Source of the DNA: an uncultured Bacilli bacterium
GTDB lineage: Bacteria; Bacillota_I; Bacilli_A; RF39; UBA660
Length of the DNA: 64,000 nucleotides
Assembly: GCA_944350445.1 (NCBI GenBank)
Contig: CALVOW010000005.1
Location: 997 to 64,996, forward strand
Reading direction: 5' to 3'
The notes under the pieces were generated by a model, which ran no database searches, was not told where the DNA came from, and saw only the letters and a list, made by a program, of their open reading frames with translations. Positions 56,726 through 64,000 of the stretch are shown in pieces. Position numbers and translations under genes: made by a program. How positions within the stretch are numbered: the first letter of the stretch is position 1; each line of letters begins with the position of its first letter.

Positions 56726-58819
56726 TTATTTTTTTGATATATTTTCATCATATTCATTTTCCATTTGTAATTGTTTTGCAAATTGTTCCATAACCATTTT
56801 TTCACAATAAGTACGATCAGCAAATTCGCGACTATCGTTAAAAGGACTCATATGTTTATCACTTAATACATAATCATGATTTCTATTCGTTAAGGCATCA
56901 AACTCAAAATAAGGTTCTTTATCACCTATCGGTTTATTATATACTAACAAAAGATTTTGATAAAAATAAACAAAGTTTCTATCAAAAAAATATAATAAAT
57001 TTGCGGTTTGATAACTATTAATTCTCTCTAAAACCTCATGATTTCCAACATAAGTTGCCTTCTTAAAAAATTCAGCTAAAGAAATATAATCAGCTTTTGC
57101 TGTTCTCTCAGAAATAGTTTTAAGAGGCTTGGAAGGATCTAGTGGTCTGATTAAAATTTCCGTTCCAAGTTTATCTAATGTACAAACCATACCATTTTTT
57201 CGAGAAATAAATATTCTATTAGATGGTTTTAAACTATCAATGATTTCTTCAGTAAGAGGCATATTTTTAAAACTAATTTGATCTAATTTAGAAATATTTC
57301 TATATAAAGTATCATCATCTAAGGTCTGTAAAAAATTTAATACTTTATCCAAGTTTTTAAAAATTATATTAATGTCTTTTAAAGAAATAGGAAAAGCATA
57401 ATAATAAAAACTATTCATTATTTTATTTTTTAATCTATTTCTTTCAGAAGATTCCATTACTTCCTCTTGCATTGAACTATCTTCTTTAAAAGATTTTAGA
57501 AAATCTTTTATTCCAGCTTCATTTTGAAATTTTTTCTCTTGCAATAATTGAAAAAGCTTTAATTTTCCAGTTTCTTCTTGGAAATTTTGAAAACGAAAGG
57601 TTGAAAGAAATTCAAGAGTCATATTTAAATCACTTGAGTTTGTATTCTCTAAAAGTTTAAGAGTTTCTCTTAAGACATTAGCTTCTAACATAATCTTATC
57701 AATCGGTAAATTAAGAGATGCTTTATAAAAATACGAAATTAAAGAACGTTTAGTTATCTCTTTTAAAGTTGCAATTTGTTTTTCTGCTTTCTTTTCTTCT
57801 AATCTTTTTTTAGCTTTAATTTTTTTTATTTCTTCATCAAAATTATTTCTTATAGCACATAATTCTTGGTTAGATTTTACTTCATCAATTAAAGCTAAAT
57901 ATTTTTCTACTACCTCTTGATATATTTCTTCTTTAAACCTCTGAAAATAATTTTTTAGTTTGTTTTTTCTTTCTAATAGTTCTAATTTTTCTTTTAGTAT
58001 CGTTTTAAGCTCTTCTTGGAATTTTTTTTGTAAAGCTACAATTTCTTTTTTCTCTTTTGATCTATCTAATTCTTGACTATAATAATTTACTAATTCCCTT
58101 GTTTTTTCATCTTGATATTTTTCACTTATTTCTTTTAATTCAATTTGAAAATTTCGTTTAGCTTCTTTCCATTCTTTGAATCGTTTTTCTTCTTTTAATT
58201 GAATTGCTTTTTGTTCATATTCTTCTTCAAGTTTTCTTAATTCTTGTAGTGTATAAACATTATCTGTTAATTCTAAATAATAAATTGCAAGTTTTGAAAC
58301 ATCATCATCTTTAGCAAGTTTAATAGTAAAAAGCAAATTTTTTTTAAAACTATCTTTTTCTGTTTGATAATATATTTTTTCTTTAATAACTTTAATTTCT
58401 TGATTAAATTCTTCTTTTTGTTTTTTTAATTCTTCTAAAGTTTTAATTTTTTCAATTTTATTCAAATAATTCTTACAAAGATTTATAACTTCTTTATAAC
58501 TACCATATTTAGATTGTAAAGCACGAATATCATTTTTCCAAGTAGCAACAAATATATTTTTTTCCTTTTCCTCGTTTTCAAGTTTTTCATTACGAACTTT
58601 ATTTTTTAACAATTCATAAGCCGAATTCACAATTGCAAGAATCGTATCATCATTATCAGTTCTATCTGAGTGAAATCTAAAAGCAATAGGATGATAAACT
58701 TTACGAAGTTCATCTTCCGTATAACCGGGTTTTAATCCAAAAATATTAAGTGCATTATTATAACTATTATTTGAATCATAAATTTTAATTTTTTTTAAAA
58801 ATTCATCATTATTTTCCAT
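56726..58819 (-). CDS. J-domain-like protein with a long internally repetitive coiled-coil region
   Basis: 697 aa. The N-terminus LKPGYTEDELRKVYHPIAFRFHSDRTDND..NSAYELL resembles a DnaJ J-domain, with HSD in place of HPD. About 4-5 tandem 55-aa units follow, each carrying ..EL..L..EF..EIK. Confidence 0.45.
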   Translation of the reverse strand: MENNDEFLKKIKIYDSNNSYNNALNIFGLKPGYTEDELRKVYHPIAFRFHSDRTDNDDTILAIVNSAYELLKNKVRNEKLENEEKEKNIFVATWKNDIRALQSKYGSYKEVINLCKNYLNKIEKIKTLEELKKQKEEFNQEIKVIKEKIYYQTEKDSFKKNLLFTIKLAKDDDVSKLAIYYLELTDNVYTLQELRKLEEEYEQKAIQLKEEKRFKEWKEAKRNFQIELKEISEKYQDEKTRELVNYYSQELDRSKEKKEIVALQKKFQEELKTILKEKLELLERKNKLKNYFQRFKEEIYQEVVEKYLALIDEVKSNQELCAIRNNFDEEIKKIKAKKRLEEKKAEKQIATLKEITKRSLISYFYKASLNLPIDKIMLEANVLRETLKLLENTNSSDLNMTLEFLSTFRFQNFQEETGKLKLFQLLQEKKFQNEAGIKDFLKSFKEDSSMQEEVMESSERNRLKNKIMNSFYYYAFPISLKDINIIFKNLDKVLNFLQTLDDDTLYRNISKLDQISFKNMPLTEEIIDSLKPSNRIFISRKNGMVCTLDKLGTEILIRPLDPSKPLKTISERTAKADYISLAEFFKKATYVGNHEVLERINSYQTANLLYFFDRNFVYFYQNLLLVYNKPIGDKEPYFEFDALTNRNHDYVLSDKHMSPFNDSREFADRTYCEKMVMEQFAKQLQMENEYDENISKK

Positions 58820-58975
58820 ATATACCTTTCACTTAAAAAGTGGTAGTGTCTAAAATTTTTAAAACATCTACCTATTTTTTTATATTCCAATAATTTTCTT
58901 TTACATAAAAAGTATAACAAAATGTAGTTTCCTTGTCAATTCGTTGAAATCTTAACAAACAAAATTATTATCAAT

Positions 58976-59698
58976 TTATTTGCTTAATTTTTTTTCAACT
59001 TCCAAAAGCATATTATTAGCTTGTTCATAATTAGCAACATCCAAAGTCAATAAATCAGAAATAGAAATACCTAATTTTTTAATAAGATATAAAATTACAT
59101 ATTTATACTCCGTATACATTTCTTCCGGATTAAAATTCTTACCATAAGTAATAAATCTATCATCACTTAAATCACAAAGTTTAATATCGGTATCCTTATA
59201 TAAAACATTTAAAGTAGGCTCTTTATTTTTTTCTCTCTTAGCTAAATCTAAATGACTAATTTGATTTAAATCCAATTCTCTTAAAGCAAGCAATAAATTT
59301 TTTAAAATTTTCAGTAAAGTAACATTATCTTTGGCTGAATAAGTAGTCAAATCTTGATAATCTAAATGCGGAGTTAATATTGATCCACAAATTCTCTCAT
59401 TTACATAAACTATTCCTAAGTCAAAATCAGTTAAATGAATATTTGCTTGTTTAGAAAGTAAATATTCAATTAACTCTTTATTAACAAATGGTTTATCATT
59501 GTAGCGATAAGTTCGTTCAAAAATCTTTTTGGCAAAAGTTTTGGAATTAATACGTAAATAATGATATAAATTCTGATCTAATTTTAGTAATTTTTCCCCA
59601 TGTAAAAATATTGATCCCGAAAAACCCGAATCACTTATTAATTTTCCATCATCAATAGCATCTTTTAATTCATTAACATTAAATTTTAATATTTCCAT
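58976..59698 (-). CDS. Hypothetical protein with a protein-kinase-like catalytic-loop pattern
   Basis: 240 aa. ISHLDLAKREKN (HxDLxxxN-like) and IKLCDLSDD (DFG-like). Weak assignment, made by eye only. Confidence 0.3.
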   Translation of the reverse strand: MEILKFNVNELKDAIDDGKLISDSGFSGSIFLHGEKLLKLDQNLYHYLRINSKTFAKKIFERTYRYNDKPFVNKELIEYLLSKQANIHLTDFDLGIVYVNERICGSILTPHLDYQDLTTYSAKDNVTLLKILKNLLLALRELDLNQISHLDLAKREKNKEPTLNVLYKDTDIKLCDLSDDRFITYGKNFNPEEMYTEYKYVILYLIKKLGISISDLLTLDVANYEQANNMLLEVEKKLSK

Positions 59699-59798
59699 AT
59701 TTCCCCCTTTATAATTGAGCTAAATTATATCATAATTTTTATATATTGTCAAATTTTACAAATGCTTAAAAACATGGTAAAATAATCTCGAAAGTGAA

Positions 59799-61787
59799 GT
59801 GGTATTTTTGAAAAAAAGACTAAATAAATTTTTATATAATACGATTATTTTAAGTACTTGTCTTTTTTTAATTGAAATAATATTTAAACTTGTTAGTAAT
59901 CAAACAATTTTTGATATAGCTAGTATTAGAATCTTATTTAGTAGTATTTTTATTAGCATGATTATAAGTTATATAGAACTTTTTATAAAAGATAAAATGG
60001 TTCCCAAAATTAATATTATTATTGTTTTCATCTTATCAATTTATAGTATTTTACAAGTTGGCTTTAATAATTTTATTGGGGTTTATATATCTTTTAATGT
60101 AACTAGTCAAGCTGGAGCAGTATTGAGTTATATTTTAGATTTCTTTAAAAGTTTTTATTGGTATTATTATTTCCTATTAGTTCCTTTTATATTGTTAATA
60201 ATTTTTTATGAATTAATTCAAAAAAGAAAAATAAAAATTTCTTTAACACGAATTGATAAAACTAAAGCTACTTTTGCTCTTATTAGTTTTTTACTTGTCT
60301 TTGGGTTTTTATACTATGTAACAATTAGTTTAGACGTTTTTCAAAATAAATTACAAACTATTTCTAATAAAGAATTATTTAAAAGTCCAAGTAATCCAAG
60401 TGTTGCTATTAGACAGTTTGGAACAACTATGTATGCTATTTTAGATATTAAAAATTTATTTCAAACTGATGATATAAATATTGAGCAAAATACTCCAACT
60501 TATAATCAAGATCCTAGTATAGATGTGGATGATAGTAAATGGTTAGAATTGATTGACAATGAAGATGAAATTGTTCTAAACTATTTAAATAATTATTTTA
60601 TTAATAATACTTATACTGGCACTAATAGTTATACAGGTTTATTTGAAGATAAGAATTTAATTGTTATTATGATGGAATCAGTAAATGATATTTTTATTAA
60701 TGAAGATTTATATCCTAATTTTTATAAATTATTAAGTGAAGGATATTATTTTAAAAATAATTATTCACCAAGAAATTCTTGTGCAACTGGTAATAATGAA
60801 TTTAGTGGTATGACAGGTCTTTATTCAATTTATAATAAATGTACTTCCAATGCTTATAGTAGTAATGTTTATCCAGAAAGTATTTTTAATTTATTTAACA
60901 GAAAAGGTTATCAAACAACTTCGATGCATGATTATACTGAAAAATATTATGCTAGAAGAGAATTTCATACTAATATGGGATCAGGTAGATATTATGATGT
61001 TGATGATTTAAAACTTGAATATAATACTAGATATGAAGAATGGGCAAGTGATGAAGAGTTTATGAAAGAAGTTGTGAAAATTTTAAATCAGTATGATGAA
61101 GATGATAAATTTATGACTTGGTTAACAACTGTTACTTCCCATCAACCATATGGAGAAAGTTTATATGGTAATAAATATTTGTATTTATTCGAAGGAGAAA
61201 AATATAATAATTATCATATAAAATTAAAACGATATATGTCAAAATTAAAAGTATTAGATGATGGACTTGGAGTTTTATTAGAGGGATTAGAAAGCCAAGG
61301 GAAATTAGAAGATACAGTTATTGTTTTATATGGAGATCATTATCCTTATGGACTTTCTAATAGTGTCTTAGAAACAGCTCTTCCATATAGTATTGAGGAA
61401 AAATATGAAAACGAACGAGTTCCTTTTGTTATTTGGTCAAGTGATATAGAAGCAACTACTTATACTGATTATACTTCTTATGTAAATATTCTACCAACTA
61501 TAGCTAATTTATTTAATTTAGATTTTGATTCTAGATATTATACAGGTACTGATTTATTTTCTAATTTATACGAAAGTTTAGTAGTATTTGCTGACGGTTC
61601 TTGGAAAAATGAAAAGGCCTTTTATGATGCATATACAGGAAATATTACTTATTATGGTAATGAAGAATATACCATTGAAGAAATTATTGAAATTAATCAT
61701 CTAGTAGAAAATAAAATAAAATATAGCAATTTAGCTATTCAACACGATTATTTTAATTATTTATACAATGCTTTATATAATGAATAA
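59799..61787 (+). CDS. LTA synthase family protein (membrane-anchored sulfatase/phosphoglycerol transferase)
   Basis: 662 aa with N-terminal multi-TM helices. The extracellular alkaline-phosphatase-superfamily domain carries LIVIMMESV, TVTSHQPY and YGDHYPYG. Confidence 0.7.
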   Translation: MVFLKKRLNKFLYNTIILSTCLFLIEIIFKLVSNQTIFDIASIRILFSSIFISMIISYIELFIKDKMVPKINIIIVFILSIYSILQVGFNNFIGVYISFNVTSQAGAVLSYILDFFKSFYWYYYFLLVPFILLIIFYELIQKRKIKISLTRIDKTKATFALISFLLVFGFLYYVTISLDVFQNKLQTISNKELFKSPSNPSVAIRQFGTTMYAILDIKNLFQTDDINIEQNTPTYNQDPSIDVDDSKWLELIDNEDEIVLNYLNNYFINNTYTGTNSYTGLFEDKNLIVIMMESVNDIFINEDLYPNFYKLLSEGYYFKNNYSPRNSCATGNNEFSGMTGLYSIYNKCTSNAYSSNVYPESIFNLFNRKGYQTTSMHDYTEKYYARREFHTNMGSGRYYDVDDLKLEYNTRYEEWASDEEFMKEVVKILNQYDEDDKFMTWLTTVTSHQPYGESLYGNKYLYLFEGEKYNNYHIKLKRYMSKLKVLDDGLGVLLEGLESQGKLEDTVIVLYGDHYPYGLSNSVLETALPYSIEEKYENERVPFVIWSSDIEATTYTDYTSYVNILPTIANLFNLDFDSRYYTGTDLFSNLYESLVVFADGSWKNEKAFYDAYTGNITYYGNEEYTIEEIIEINHLVENKIKYSNLAIQHDYFNYLYNALYNE

Positions 61788-61807
61788 AAACAAGAAAAAT
61801 CTTGTTT

Positions 61808-62758
61808 TTATTTTGGAAATAATATTAAAGAAAGTAAAAAGAAAATACTAATACTAAATCCTATCAAAAAATTTAAAGTAATTTGATTAACAAATCCCCT
61901 TTTTTTAGAAAGTGATTTATTTTCTTCTTTTTGCTTTTTATATTGATTTAGAGAATCATAAACTTTACTATAATCAATTTTATCGTAGGTATCACATTTT
62001 TCTTTAATACCAGCCACTCCGGGATAGTTTTTATTCATATAAGGGCGAAATTGGTGTTCCATATTAGCATAAACATCAGCATACAAAGAAACAGCTTCCT
62101 CACCTAATTCTTCTCTTAAAATAGTAAATCTTTCTTTAAGTTGTGAAAAAGCCAATTTATCACAAATTTCTTTGCCAAAGATTTGTTGTAATTCAAAAGC
62201 TATTTTTGTTTCTTTGGGATAACCACAACAAGAAGTTTCTAAACCATATTTTGAAGCTAGTTCCCTTGTTTTTAATTCATTAAATCCTTCAGCTAAAGCT
62301 GATGAGCCTCCCGATCCACATATATGCATCACTTCATGTAATAAGATCTCACGAAAATATTCAACTGGCGTTTCCCCTTTTAAAATTACATGTTCAACAA
62401 AATCACGATAAGTATTATCATTTATAATCATATTATTTTTATCATGAGTTTGATGACTTTTATCAAGACCATATTCAGGAAATTGTGATAAAGCCTGAAT
62501 AGCTTTATAAGCATCAAGAGGCAAATGAATAGTACTATCAGATGGTTTTGCAAATAAAGAAATTGTACCAGTATTTTCTATTTGCACCAAGTCTTTAAAA
62601 TCTGTAATTTTACTTAATTTTTCTTTTATATCTGTAGGTACTTTATCTTTGTATTCATGTAAAATAATTTTTACGTAACGCATAAATAAATCAGCAATTT
62701 GGCTTCTATCAGCTTCAATATCATAATTTTTCATCTTAATATTACTCCTTATTATCAT
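61808..62758 (-). CDS. Hypothetical protein with an HExxH zinc-metallopeptidase motif and a C-terminal TM anchor
   Basis: 316 aa. LLHEVMHICGSGG, with a C-terminal FLIGFSISIFFLLSLILF. Confidence 0.35.
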   Translation of the reverse strand: MIIRSNIKMKNYDIEADRSQIADLFMRYVKIILHEYKDKVPTDIKEKLSKITDFKDLVQIENTGTISLFAKPSDSTIHLPLDAYKAIQALSQFPEYGLDKSHQTHDKNNMIINDNTYRDFVEHVILKGETPVEYFREILLHEVMHICGSGGSSALAEGFNELKTRELASKYGLETSCCGYPKETKIAFELQQIFGKEICDKLAFSQLKERFTILREELGEEAVSLYADVYANMEHQFRPYMNKNYPGVAGIKEKCDTYDKIDYSKVYDSLNQYKKQKEENKSLSKKRGFVNQITLNFLIGFSISIFFLLSLILFPK

Positions 62759-62872
62759 GATATTTTTTAATTTTATTTTAATATATAAATATTATATCAT
62801 TATTATTAATATTTTATTAAAAAAAATAAAAAGAAATTAAACTTAAGCAATTTCTTTTTATATTAATAACAA

Positions 62873-64000
62873 TCATAAACTAATTTCAAAAGGATCATTT
62901 TTAAGTCCAGTTCCCCCTGTTATCCTAACTGCTGATGACAGATTGATGGAAGGACGAGCCATTAGCGTATTCGACAAATTTCTTTGCATCGTAAACTCGG
63001 TAGAATGTGCATACCACACGTCCGAGGAAGAATAGGAATTTATTAACCACATATTTTCCGACAAATACGATCCATTTCCTTGCTGGCTTGCAAACATTTC
63101 GCCATATCTTGGTAATCCGACATAGCCGGTCCAGATATTACTTGTTTTTTCACAATCAGTTGTCGTTACTGTATCACTGGCAGTAGCACAAATTGATACT
63201 TTGTAACTTGCATCATCACCTATCGTTCCCAAATAATAGGTTCCTTCAACTAACATATTTTTATAAGTTTCACTGATGGAATTATACCAAGTATTATTCA
63301 AATAATAATCCCAATATATATCACTAGTACCATTTCCATAAGTTGCACTACTTGAAAAAGATTTACTTATCACAACTCCACTTTCATCTCCTACATAATC
63401 CATTTTATTTAATTTTGTAGTATTGTTTTCAATTCCAACGATTCGGTATAACTCACCATCAAAATTTACATATTCGCCACTTGTTCTTGTATTTAAAAGC
63501 GTTGTATTAACTATTGCCATATCCTTATCTCCACTTATTGTGTATGGGTCACTACTGGTGCCATTTCCTCCGTTTATCGTGATTCCTGCTTGTAGTTTTA
63601 TTGATGGACGAACCCCAGGTCTGACGGAGACCGGATAGTTGTTGACTGCAACTCCAATAAAGTTCACATACCAAACGCGAGAGGAAGAAAAAGAATTCAA
63701 TAACCACCAATAATAGCCTAAATTTAAGTAACTAGGATTGATATTATCATTTCCATAAGGAATAAAATCTTCATAACTTTTATAAAATTCATAACTATTT
63801 AAAAGCCCTACGGGAGCAGTTACCATGGTTGTTTCCGTCGGTTTAATACTTTCATCACTAGTTTCTGTTGCATTCCAACTAGCATCAGTTACAATGATAT
63901 TTTCATAATTATATAAAGTACTCAAAAAATCTTCATTTAACCATTGATATATATAAGATTTATCATTTTCATCAGTATAAAAATTAACATTACTTCCAAA
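62873..64000 (-). CDS. Secreted/surface protein with two repeated W-L-x-S..(V/A)RPSI(K/N)L..G.G...DP(Y/F) modules; 5' end lies outside the window
   Basis: The frame stays open from 63925 to the window edge (..SYIYQWLNEDFLSTLYNY..), so the TTG start in the track is not the real start. Duplicated modules end in VRPSIKLQAGITINGGNGTSSDPYTISG and ARPSINLSSAVRITGGTGLKNDPFEISL. Confidence 0.45.
   Translation of the reverse strand, partial: FGSNVNFYTDENDKSYIYQWLNEDFLSTLYNYENIIVTDASWNATETSDESIKPTETTMVTAPVGLLNSYEFYKSYEDFIPYGNDNINPSYLNLGYYWWLLNSFSSSRVWYVNFIGVAVNNYPVSVRPGVRPSIKLQAGITINGGNGTSSDPYTISGDKDMAIVNTTLLNTRTSGEYVNFDGELYRIVGIENNTTKLNKMDYVGDESGVVISKSFSSSATYGNGTSDIYWDYYLNNTWYNSISETYKNMLVEGTYYLGTIGDDASYKVSICATASDTVTTTDCEKTSNIWTGYVGLPRYGEMFASQQGNGSYLSENMWLINSYSSSDVWYAHSTEFTMQRNLSNTLMARPSINLSSAVRITGGTGLKNDPFEISL

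Noticed and set aside
1-64000. Mollicutes-type genetic code (UGA = Trp), considered because of the extreme AT content
   Set aside because: Trp is encoded by TGG throughout (for example in alaS, valS and cas9). Long genes are intact under the standard code, and TGA is used as a stop (for example at 23324-23326).

Overview
Very AT-rich chromosome segment that uses the standard genetic code. It comes from a low-GC Gram-positive (Bacillota-like) organism, judging by spoIIP- and spoIIM-like genes, an L27 with a Prp-cleaved N-extension, and T-box leaders. Most of the window is housekeeping: alaS, holA, upp, mscL, rarA, xerD, deoB, mnmA, rseP, cdsA, rplU-prp-rpmA, guaA/guaB, xseA/xseB, nusB and valS, plus two P-type ATPases, an ABC exporter and cell-envelope genes.

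The accessory island at about 22.7-34.4 kb is a complete type II-A CRISPR-Cas9 locus on the minus strand: tracrRNA, cas9, cas1, cas2, csn2, leader, and 41 identical 36-bp repeats. The array is abnormal in four ways:
- Two inter-repeat segments are far too long (330 nt and 1763 nt; normal spacers are 29-30 nt).
- The leader-distal repeat is perfect and abuts a third foreign gene fragment instead of a trailer.
- The 1763-nt insert is a contiguous phage head-morphogenesis module. It holds the 3' part of a group I intron with a homing-endonuclease remnant, exon 2 of a MuF-type minor capsid/toxin gene, a small ORF, a structured non-coding element, and the start of a scaffold gene.
- A normal spacer elsewhere in the array (27028-27057) reads like the intron-less exon-exon junction of that same MuF gene. 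The intron therefore splits this protospacer 11 nt from its PAM-proximal end.

Separately, an about 800-nt ORF-less group II intron sits in the valS leader, between the T-box terminator and the start codon.

All calls were made by eye from the sequence and the ORF track. No database search or covariance model was run.
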